Below, in pieces: positions 28,247 through 36,458 of a stretch of DNA of 53,251 bases. Source of the DNA: Minisyncoccia bacterium. GTDB lineage: Bacteria > Patescibacteriota > Minisyncoccia > Phycocordibacterales > PALSA-1337. The position numbers and the translations under genes were made by a program. Position 1 is the first letter of the stretch, and every line of letters starts with the position of its first letter. The notes beneath the pieces were generated by a model. It was given only the letters and a program-made list of their open reading frames with translations, did not search any database and had not been told where the DNA came from. The DNA lies in the NCBI GenBank assembly GCA_044234345.1, contig JBIIIW010000002.1, positions 1 to 53,251 of the forward strand. The letters are read 5' to 3'.

Positions 28247-29407
28247 ATGAATACAATACTGTCATTCTTTAAAGTTGATCAAAGTGTTAATAGGGGAGAA
28301 AAAAGAGGAATCGATTGGATACTCATTCTCTCAGTTTTACCTTTGCTAGGGGCTGGTCTGGTGACAATGAGTGCCTTCACCGGAGACAGTACATATTTCT
28401 ACAAACAACTTACATGGATCATAATATCCCTATCCATCTTTACAATACTAAGTTTCGTAGACTTTAGATTCCTCCGAAAAACATGGGTGTCAGTAACCCT
28501 CTTCTTATCCTCCTGTGCCGTACTCACATTACTTTTCGCTGTCGCTGAAGTTACTAAGGGTGCAGCATCTTGGTTTAAATTCGGTCTGCTATCATTCCAG
28601 CCATCAGATCCGATAAAGTTGGTGCTCATAATAATACTTGCAAAATATTTCTCTCGCAGACATATAGAAATAGCTAATATACGTCATATATTAATATCAG
28701 GAATGTATGCATTTACAATATTTGCACTAGTCTTGATACAACCAGACTTCGGTTCAGCAGTGATCATATTCTTCATATGGTTTGGCATGGTACTAGTATC
28801 AGGGCTATCAAAAAAACACCTACTAGCCCTAATTCTTTCTGGAATACTAGTATTCATCGGTCTATGGAACTTTGGTTTCAAGGAATATCAGAAGAATAGA
28901 ATACTTAACTTCGTAAACCCATTAGCAGATATACATGGAACTGGATACAATGCATATCAATCAGCAATTGCTGTAGGTTCAGGACAAATATTAGGTAAAG
29001 GAGTAGGGTATGGTACACAATCAAGACTGAAATTTCTACCAGAGTTTCAGACAGACTTCATATTCTCAGCATTCGCAGAAGAATGGGGATTTATGGGTGT
29101 AATACTCCTATTCACCTTCTTCGCTATCGCTATATGGAGAATTGTGCTTGCTAGTATGTATGGAGAAACAAATTTCGAAATATTGTTCGGCTCTGGAGTA
29201 GCAATACTAATCATCACCCATTTCTTTGTAAATATCGGTATGAATATACAATTACTACCAGTTACAGGTACAACATTACCATTCCTAAGTTATGGAGGAA
29301 CACATCTACTAACAGAGTTTACAGGACTAGGAATACTTATGGGTATGAGAAGATACAGTAGAACAGCACACAAAGACGAAATGAGTAATGAATTTATAGG
29401 GCACTAG
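28247..29407 (+). CDS. rodA: SEDS family peptidoglycan glycosyltransferase (RodA/FtsW)
   Basis: 386 aa. GTQSRLKFLPEFQTDFIFSAFAEEWGFMG closely resembles the RodA signature. Assignment as RodA rather than FtsW is tentative. Confidence 0.85.
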   Translation: MNTILSFFKVDQSVNRGEKRGIDWILILSVLPLLGAGLVTMSAFTGDSTYFYKQLTWIIISLSIFTILSFVDFRFLRKTWVSVTLFLSSCAVLTLLFAVAEVTKGAASWFKFGLLSFQPSDPIKLVLIIILAKYFSRRHIEIANIRHILISGMYAFTIFALVLIQPDFGSAVIIFFIWFGMVLVSGLSKKHLLALILSGILVFIGLWNFGFKEYQKNRILNFVNPLADIHGTGYNAYQSAIAVGSGQILGKGVGYGTQSRLKFLPEFQTDFIFSAFAEEWGFMGVILLFTFFAIAIWRIVLASMYGETNFEILFGSGVAILIITHFFVNIGMNIQLLPVTGTTLPFLSYGGTHLLTEFTGLGILMGMRRYSRTAHKDEMSNEFIGH

Positions 29408-30575
29408 TATATACATCTAGTGTATCCTTTATCATCTTTTCAATTGAAAAATCAGTAAGTGATTTTCTATGTAATTCATCCCCATGCTCCTTCCTTACCT
29501 TCTTATGAGTTAGATAGAAATCAATAGCATTACGTATCTCACTTGGCTTCTTAGCTTGTATTAATATACCAGACTTCATATCATCAATTATCTCAGGAAT
29601 ACCACCAACAGCAGTAGCTATAACTGGAAGACTAGCTACACCAGCTTCAAGTAGGACATATCCAAAACTTTCAGAAATAGAGGGAAGAAGAAATATATCA
29701 ATACTCTTTAGATACAAATACACATCTTTAATATTACCAAGCATAATTACGCTATTACCCACACCCAATTCCTTAATTAATTTCTCCAAACTATCCTTCT
29801 CCTCTCCACCTCCAATTATCAAATACAATATGTTCATCTTGGATTCAATAACTTTAGGAGACTTAATCAATTCAGCAATACCTCTAATTGCATATTCATG
29901 ACCTTTAACGTGATGAAGTTCTCCAACAGATCCAATGACAATTGTCTTCTTAGGATCAAGAGTCTCAAGTCTCTCTTTAAGTAGGGGACTAACTTTCTTA
30001 AGTTCCTGCTCAGCATTAACCTTAGAGAAAATAGGTTCAATCTTAACAGCATTGTGTACAACAGTAATCTTGTTACCAATAGTGGGCCAAATATCAATCT
30101 GATCCTTCAGACTCTTAGAAACAACAATAGTTCTGTGTGTAAGTAGGATTGTAACAATGTGGATGAGCTTGATAACTAGCTTTGATACAAGACTACGATC
30201 CTCGTTAAAAGCCCAGCCATGAGAGGTAAATATGATTCTGGGAACTCTAGCCAGCCTACCAGCAAGAGCGCCAAGGCCACCAATTTTAGAGCTATTAATG
30301 TGTAATATATCCGGTCTATCCTTCCTTAATATGCCAACTAGCTTAAAAAACGCCTTAATATCACCAATTAGACTAATATCTCTTCCGATAGGGAGAGAAC
30401 CATTTGCATCAATACCTCTATCATTCAAACGAGTAATTAATTCACCATTACCACCAGCCATAACTGAAACATCATACTCTTCTTTAGAAAGACCTGTCGC
30501 AATATCAAAAACATAGCGTTGAGCACCGCCCCAGTTAGATTTAGTTATTAAAATCAGTACTTTCTTTTTCTGCAT
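29394..30575 (-). CDS. Glycosyltransferase family 4 (GT-B fold)
   Basis: The GT4 pattern includes the C-terminal SISESFGYVLLEAGVASLPVIATAVGGIPEII (EX7E-like). The first ATG is at 30575; the track start at 30596 is TTG. The 3' end overlaps rodA by 14 nt, convergently. Confidence 0.85.
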   Translation of the reverse strand: MQKKKVLILITKSNWGGAQRYVFDIATGLSKEEYDVSVMAGGNGELITRLNDRGIDANGSLPIGRDISLIGDIKAFFKLVGILRKDRPDILHINSSKIGGLGALAGRLARVPRIIFTSHGWAFNEDRSLVSKLVIKLIHIVTILLTHRTIVVSKSLKDQIDIWPTIGNKITVVHNAVKIEPIFSKVNAEQELKKVSPLLKERLETLDPKKTIVIGSVGELHHVKGHEYAIRGIAELIKSPKVIESKMNILYLIIGGGEEKDSLEKLIKELGVGNSVIMLGNIKDVYLYLKSIDIFLLPSISESFGYVLLEAGVASLPVIATAVGGIPEIIDDMKSGILIQAKKPSEIRNAIDFYLTHKKVRKEHGDELHRKSLTDFSIEKMIKDTLDVYTSAL

Positions 30576-30622
30576 CTTTGTGTTATAATGTTGCAATTAA
30601 ATAGTTATAACCGAATTATACA

Positions 30623-31951
30623 ATGACTGTAGTTAACAAGAAAGAGCCGGTAATATTAGGTCTTGTAGATGTGTTACTCCTAGCACTCTCTCTAATCGGT
30701 ACTTTGATACTGAGATATCAATCAATGCCTTCAAAAGAAATGATATTGTCTCATTTGTATCCATTTACTATCATATTTGCATACTCAATAGTTTCATTCT
30801 ACATCACAGGACTATATGGAAGAGCGATAAGTAGTGCAAGACATACATTGCCAGTGAAGATTATAAAGTCACAGATAGCCAATGCGCTTATAGCGGTTGC
30901 AATATTCTACTTCGTTCCAAACTTCACTGTATCTCCAAAGATAACGCTATTGCTATACATCATACTTTCATCCGTATTCATCCTCTTTGTAAGAATGAAT
31001 ACATACTCAATATTGAACTTGAGAAAGAAGCAACCAAGTTTGGTTATAGGGGACAGTGTAGAGGTAGATGAGATTATAGCTGAGATGAACAGAAACCCGC
31101 ATTCGCTATTGTTCTGCAAGAATAAGTTCAATCCAGATAATTCTGAAGATAGTATAAAGGAAGTATTGTCTGATAAGGTATATTTTAGATATGTAATTGC
31201 TGATGTAGATGACTCAAGAGTTGAGAAGTTCCTACCTGAGATATACAAGAACCTCTTCCCAAACTCATCGATAATAAACCTTCATGATCTATATGAAGAT
31301 GTATTCGATCGTATACCACTGTCTAGAATAAACTACACATGGATAATGACACACATAAGTTCAATATCACCAAAAGTTTACGATATGGTTAAGAGACTAG
31401 TAGATATCTTGCTTGCAGGTATCGTATTGATCTTTGCCATAATCCTATATCCATTTGTAGCAATAGCAATCAAGATAGAAGATGGTGGAAGCATATTGAT
31501 AAAGCAAAAAAGAATTGGAGTAAATGGAAAGATATTTAATATATACAAGTTTAGAAGTATGACTAGAAGCGATGGAGGTCAGTGGTTACCAGAAAGTGAA
31601 AACAAAGTTACTAAAGTTGGTATGTTTATCAGAAAGACAAGAATAGATGAATTACCACAAGCACTTTCAGTTATACTTGGAGACATGTCACTCATAGGTC
31701 CTAGAGCAGATATCATAGACCTTGGAGAGAGACTACAAAAAGAAATACCATACTATTCAATACGTACAGCAATAAAGCCAGGTCTGTCAGGTTGGGCACA
31801 AGTTAATCAAGAGAAACCACCACAATCAGTAGAGGAGACAAAGATACGTTTGTCTTACGATTTGTATTACATTAAATATAGATCACTAAGTCTTGATTTA
31901 CTTATTACTCTTCGAACAATCAAAACATTATTGTCTAGAGAAGGGATGTAG
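30623..31951 (+). CDS. Polyprenyl-phosphate sugar phosphotransferase (WbaP/WcaJ-like initiating enzyme)
   Basis: 442 aa with N-terminal TM helices. The C-terminal Bac_transf-type motifs are KFRSM...DELPQ...GDMSLIGPR...PGLSGWAQV. Confidence 0.9.
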   Translation: MTVVNKKEPVILGLVDVLLLALSLIGTLILRYQSMPSKEMILSHLYPFTIIFAYSIVSFYITGLYGRAISSARHTLPVKIIKSQIANALIAVAIFYFVPNFTVSPKITLLLYIILSSVFILFVRMNTYSILNLRKKQPSLVIGDSVEVDEIIAEMNRNPHSLLFCKNKFNPDNSEDSIKEVLSDKVYFRYVIADVDDSRVEKFLPEIYKNLFPNSSIINLHDLYEDVFDRIPLSRINYTWIMTHISSISPKVYDMVKRLVDILLAGIVLIFAIILYPFVAIAIKIEDGGSILIKQKRIGVNGKIFNIYKFRSMTRSDGGQWLPESENKVTKVGMFIRKTRIDELPQALSVILGDMSLIGPRADIIDLGERLQKEIPYYSIRTAIKPGLSGWAQVNQEKPPQSVEETKIRLSYDLYYIKYRSLSLDLLITLRTIKTLLSREGM

Positions 31952-31967
31952 GCTATAATTTTACTCC

Positions 31968-33029
31968 ATGAATACTATTTTTATAACTGGAGGAGCGGGA
32001 TATGTTGGAGCAATGCTACTAGACCTATTTTCTAGAAGACCTGACGTAAAGCAAATTATAGCAATTGATAAGGAGCCATTTCCTGAATTCCTTAAGACAA
32101 GTGGAGCAGATGTAAGTAAGATTAAGTTCATCGTTACAAACACTGCAGACTATAACTGGCAGAATGAAGTAAAGTCATATGCTCCTAATATAGTTATACA
32201 TACAGCATGGCAGATACGCGAGATGTATGGAAACAAGAAGCTACAGTGGAGATGGAATGTCGAAGGATCTGATAACATATTTGATTTTGCATTCAGTACA
32301 CCTTCAGTTAAAAAATTAATACACTTCTCAACCGTAGCCTCATACGGTGCATTTAGTAGTAACACAATAGAGCACCTATTCACCGAAGAAGAACCATTCA
32401 GAAAATCTCCATACCTATACGCTGAAGAGAAGAGAATAACAGAAGAGCATTTGATAGAGAAATACAAGAAGGCAAAGAAGGATGGATCTAATATACAACT
32501 TGCGATAATACGACCCGCAGCAATTACCGGACCTCGTGGAAGATATATGAGGATTAGATTTGGTCTACAATCAGCCTTGTCAGGAAAGCTTAAGGGATCA
32601 GTTATCTACAAATTAGTAAGTCTAATGGTATCTTTTGTACCCATAACAAAGAAGTGGTGCAGACAGTTCATACATGAAGACGACATAGTAGGAGTAGTTG
32701 AAACACTAGCATTCAATCAACTTAAAAATGATTTTGATATTTTCAATGCATGCCCACCAGGACCAGTAGTAACTGGAAAAGATATGGCAGAAGCAGTTAA
32801 CAAAAAATCAGTTATGGTAAACCCATACCTAATTAGAGTTGTATTCTTCTTCATGTGGAATCTAACACTTGGAAGAATACCTACATCAAAAGGAGGATGG
32901 AAGTCATACTCATATCCTATCGCTGTGGATGGTACTAAGATGACAAAGATGTATGGATATGGTTATAAGTGGCAATCTAAGCAAGCTTTTGTAACTAAAG
33001 AGGGGACATATTCAAAATATGTTGTATAG
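31968..33029 (+). CDS. NAD-dependent epimerase/dehydratase family protein
   Basis: 353 aa with the Rossmann motif ITGGAGYVG and an SDR-extended YxxxK-like region (YLYAEEK). Confidence 0.85.
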   Translation: MNTIFITGGAGYVGAMLLDLFSRRPDVKQIIAIDKEPFPEFLKTSGADVSKIKFIVTNTADYNWQNEVKSYAPNIVIHTAWQIREMYGNKKLQWRWNVEGSDNIFDFAFSTPSVKKLIHFSTVASYGAFSSNTIEHLFTEEEPFRKSPYLYAEEKRITEEHLIEKYKKAKKDGSNIQLAIIRPAAITGPRGRYMRIRFGLQSALSGKLKGSVIYKLVSLMVSFVPITKKWCRQFIHEDDIVGVVETLAFNQLKNDFDIFNACPPGPVVTGKDMAEAVNKKSVMVNPYLIRVVFFFMWNLTLGRIPTSKGGWKSYSYPIAVDGTKMTKMYGYGYKWQSKQAFVTKEGTYSKYVV

Positions 33030-33105
33030 GGTGATTCCGGGCTGTTGAACCGCTACAAGCCCTTTATAAAGAGCTAAAAACGTGGTAAATTTATAAAAAA
33101 TTACT

Positions 33106-33267
33106 ATGAAATTACTCTTAACCACAAACGGACTCTCAAATCAAAGTATTGCTAAACCTTTATTTGATTTGGCAGTTCTCATTTTGGGTGTACCTGACTC
33201 AGAAGGAAAGGTAATTCTTATTACTCCCGATAAGGCTGATCCTGTCATTGGCGGCAAGCTATTTTAA
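33106..33267 (+). pseudogene. Truncated 5' fragment of a peptidase S51 / type-1 glutamine-amidotransferase-like gene
   Basis: Hand translation MKLLLTTNGLSNQSIAKPLFDL...KVILITPDKA matches the typical N-terminus of roughly 200-aa S51 proteins. It stops after 53 codons, where the Mrr-like gene begins. Confidence 0.5.
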
Positions 33268-33271
33268 ATTT

Positions 33272-34381
33272 ATGCTACAAATACTGATCTTAATTGTTAT
33301 AGGAATAATATGGGGATTTGTAAAAATTTCTGAAAGTGTTTCGACTGGTTCCAGAGCAATACAGGATAGTAAAAAGTTTGATGAAGAAAGGTTAAAGAAG
33401 TTTGGTGACAGAAAAGTAGATAGCACACAAAGTCTTTTTGAGAGGAATAATGACATTATCGAAAAACACAAAAAGGATATATCAACATCCTCTAGTCGTT
33501 ATCGTTACTACTACATTGACAATATGACTCGAGATTGTATTAACGAAATTTGTTTGGCGGAAGGTCAGAGTAAAATTCGCCCAAACTATACCTACCTCTC
33601 TACTTGGAAAATGAATGCTCCAAAGGAATGGAAAGATTTGTCTCTACAAATCGAGCGGCTTTTTACTAGCAGACAGAACGAGATGAAAGAGATCGAGGAG
33701 AGGCAAACAGAAATAATGCAAAAGGAAGCAGCCCAAAGTCTTTCTAGTAAGTATGCTGATCTAATTAGCCAATTTAATGAAATCACTTACAGAAAAGTCA
33801 CCACCATTGATGCGTACGGCGAAGAGAATTGGGATGCTCTTAATAAAGAAGCCGCTTTGTTGGTTGAGAAAATTGGTAGAAGAGAAGGTAATGACGATGA
33901 CGATATGAAGCGCTGGAGGAAGTCATCTTGGTCTATGCCAGAAGAATATAAAATGCTAACTGAAAACCTCACAACAAGGTTTAAGGCTTATTACGACACT
34001 AGGAAAAGTAAGCCGATCGAAAGTGGAAACGTAACAGGAATGTCAGGAGTTGAGTTTGAGAATCACCTGGCTCAACTTTTGAAATTAAACGGCTTTGATA
34101 GTGTAGCAGGAACTCCAGCTACAGGAGATCAAGGGGCTGATCTGATAGCGAAAAGAAATGGTAAGACCATTATCATACAAGCAAAGCGATACGGAGGAAC
34201 TGTTGGAAATAAGGCAGTACAGGAAGTTATTGCAGCAATAAAATTTTACAATGGAGATGAGGGATGGGTTATTACAAATTCTAGCTTTACAAAGTCTGCT
34301 CGTGAGCTAGCAAGTAAAAGCGGTATCAAACTTATTGATGGTACGGACATGCAGCAGTTTAGTAATGTGGTCAATAGATAA
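33272..34381 (+). CDS. Membrane-anchored Mrr-like (PD-(D/E)xK) restriction endonuclease domain protein
   Basis: N-terminal TM helix, a charged coiled-coil region, then the C-terminal GVEFENHLAQLL...GDQGADLIA...IIIQAKRY...VITNSSFTKSA, which is the Mrr_cat pattern. The first ATG is at 33272; the track start at 33248 is TTG. Confidence 0.8.
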   Translation: MLQILILIVIGIIWGFVKISESVSTGSRAIQDSKKFDEERLKKFGDRKVDSTQSLFERNNDIIEKHKKDISTSSSRYRYYYIDNMTRDCINEICLAEGQSKIRPNYTYLSTWKMNAPKEWKDLSLQIERLFTSRQNEMKEIEERQTEIMQKEAAQSLSSKYADLISQFNEITYRKVTTIDAYGEENWDALNKEAALLVEKIGRREGNDDDDMKRWRKSSWSMPEEYKMLTENLTTRFKAYYDTRKSKPIESGNVTGMSGVEFENHLAQLLKLNGFDSVAGTPATGDQGADLIAKRNGKTIIIQAKRYGGTVGNKAVQEVIAAIKFYNGDEGWVITNSSFTKSARELASKSGIKLIDGTDMQQFSNVVNR

Positions 34382-34385
34382 TTAT

Positions 34386-34718
34386 ATGAATCCTATCGCA
34401 ACTAAAAACGTAAAAATTGTTGTCTTTGTACCAGAGACCTTTGCTGATGTGGTTCGTGAAGCTATAGGTAAAGCCGGTGCTGGTATAATCGGTAATTACA
34501 GCTTTTGCTCATACTCCTCAAAAGGAATAGGAAGATTTAAACCTGAACAAGGCGCAGATCCTCATATTGGTGAAGTTGGCAAATTTGAAGAAGTTGCCGA
34601 AGAAAGAATCGAAACTATATGCCCTCGAGAAAAACTTCAAGAAGTAATTACTGCGATCAAGAAAGTTCATCCATATGATGAAGTAGCTTTGGATGTTTAT
34701 CCTTTGGAAAATATATGA
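34386..34718 (+). CDS. Small Nif3/YqfO-insert-like (PII-like fold) protein
   Basis: 110 aa. VKIVVFVPETFADVVREAIGKAGAG...PHIGEVG...EERIE...HPYDEVALDVYPLEN resembles stand-alone NIF3-related proteins. The ATG at 34386 lies 4 nt after the upstream stop. Confidence 0.6.
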   Translation: MNPIATKNVKIVVFVPETFADVVREAIGKAGAGIIGNYSFCSYSSKGIGRFKPEQGADPHIGEVGKFEEVAEERIETICPREKLQEVITAIKKVHPYDEVALDVYPLENI

Positions 34719-35149
34719 AGAAAGAAGTTCCTGCTGCACAAGCCTTAATACATACGATCCAACGAGCAGTTGAGGCGATTGACTGGCTAAAAGAAACCCA
34801 AGACGAGTGGGATGCGAAACGTGCAGCCGGTAAAGATGGTTCTGACACCCAGAAGCGCTGTCGTATTCTGGCTGACGTAATTTCTGTCTATGTTGCAACT
34901 CTTATCGATGGGAGTGGTCGAGGTCACTCTCTACTAAAGTCATACGCTCCTCATAATTTTATAAAGGAGTTCGTAAAACTACCGATAGTTCAAAAGTGCA
35001 AGTTGAATAGACACAATCGTAGTGCGCATGAATCTCGATCATATGGATTTTTTGTGCAGCCAAAAGACATCTTAGAGTCACCGCTGAAGGCTTGGCTTAA
35101 GGAAGTTAAGTATTTTCTAGTATCAGTACCTGAACAAAAAGATAAATGA
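34715..35149 (+). CDS. Hypothetical alpha-helical protein, candidate HEPN-domain RNase
   Basis: 144 aa. The start overlaps the upstream stop (ATGA). It has an Rx5H motif, RHNRSAH, in the C-terminal half, but no family was firmly recognised. Confidence 0.45.
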   Translation: MKKEVPAAQALIHTIQRAVEAIDWLKETQDEWDAKRAAGKDGSDTQKRCRILADVISVYVATLIDGSGRGHSLLKSYAPHNFIKEFVKLPIVQKCKLNRHNRSAHESRSYGFFVQPKDILESPLKAWLKEVKYFLVSVPEQKDK

Positions 35150-35231
35150 GTAAATTTAGAATCTACGCAAAAATAATAGGTCCAACCTTGCCTGGAAAAG
35201 TAGTAAAGAGTAACAAAAATATATAACTCAA

Positions 35232-36194
35232 ATGATAAAACTCACACTTGATACAAATTGCATAATTAACCTATTGGACTATAAATCGGAGTCGGCAATT
35301 TCTGTTGATGAGTTAACAGAAGTAATACGATATGGACTTGATGGAGATGTAAATATCGCAATTACTACAAGAGTGGAAAGTGATGTCAGTAAAGATAAGG
35401 ACCAGGAGAGAAAAAATGAAATAGTTAGACGCATATCAATGTTTCCTGTGATCGGAACGGTAGCTCGTTGGGATACCACTAAGTGGGATAGTGTAGATAT
35501 TTGGGGAGGGGAAGAACATCAAGCACTGGAAAATGAGCTTAAAAACATTATTTTTCCTGGTTTGAAAGAAGATGATCCGCATTACACCAACAAAATAAAC
35601 GATATAGACCATCTCATAGGTCACAAAATAAATAAGCGAGATATTTTTGTTACAGATGATAAGCAAATTCTCAAGAAAGCGGAGACTTTGAAATCTAGCT
35701 TAGGTATAGAAGTAATGGACCCTAAGAAGGTTTTAGAGTATTTAAATCTCCAAGCAAATAAAATCGTTCTTGCTCAAGAATTTTATGATAAATTTTTAGA
35801 GTATAAAGATATAGTAATAGCATCAATATCGAGTACTCAAATCGATGAACAAGTACTATCCAGATATGAAGAATTACGTAAATGGTTTATCCGTAAATAC
35901 CCTGCATTACAGGATGGGCTACTCAATTTCAAGTTTCAGATGGCGTCTGTGCCAACTGGTGCTAAAAGAGTCTATGGGCAAGATGATCTCATATCTCTTC
36001 AAATGTTTAACGATCGGTTAAATGGGATCTTAAAAGAGAGAAATCCTTTACTCATTCCAAAAATCGCTTCGACCCATCGTCATGATTATGCCTCATATAG
36101 GTCTGAGAGACAGGAAGCTGAAATCACAATATCTTTTTTAAATAGTATAGAAGATAGTTTGTTAGCCTATATTGGAAAACTTGAGAGTAGATAA
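35232..36194 (+). CDS. PIN-domain nuclease fused to an unknown C-terminal helical domain
   Basis: 320 aa. The N-terminus LTLDTNCIINLL and the later DIDHLIGH...RDIFVTDDKQILKKA fit the acidic residues of a PIN fold. The C-terminal roughly 150 aa are unrecognised. Confidence 0.6.
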   Translation: MIKLTLDTNCIINLLDYKSESAISVDELTEVIRYGLDGDVNIAITTRVESDVSKDKDQERKNEIVRRISMFPVIGTVARWDTTKWDSVDIWGGEEHQALENELKNIIFPGLKEDDPHYTNKINDIDHLIGHKINKRDIFVTDDKQILKKAETLKSSLGIEVMDPKKVLEYLNLQANKIVLAQEFYDKFLEYKDIVIASISSTQIDEQVLSRYEELRKWFIRKYPALQDGLLNFKFQMASVPTGAKRVYGQDDLISLQMFNDRLNGILKERNPLLIPKIASTHRHDYASYRSERQEAEITISFLNSIEDSLLAYIGKLESR

Positions 36195-36421
36195 TAGCGT
36201 AAAGACTGCTTTTTTCACCCTAACGCTGGGCCAGATTAGGCCAAAAAGAGCCGAATTATGCTAAAATTGCTATAACTTTGCATGTCAGGAATGTAGATCG
36301 TCGCATTATTCTTTTTTTCAAAAATAGTTCTAACTTCCTCTACGACCTAACGGGGTTATTTTTATACGCCCCAAAGCATATTTGTAGTTATATAATAATA
36401 TGTTGTATAGCTGATTTTACA

Positions 36422-36449
36422 TTGCAAAAACACTGTAAATCTCTATAAT
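36422..36449 (+). promoter_or_regulatory. secDF promoter TTGCAA-N16-TATAAT
   Basis: A consensus -10 ends 9 nt before the secD ATG, implying a 1-3 nt leader. Confidence 0.6.
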
Positions 36450-36458
36450 AGTCATATT

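Noticed and set aside
36195-36420. A search for the missing 3' part of the truncated S51 peptidase gene and for att-like direct repeats at the island's right edge.
   Set aside because: No frame in this interval resembles an S51 C-terminus. Only a trivial 7-mer (CCTAACG) recurs. The island boundaries therefore remain approximate.
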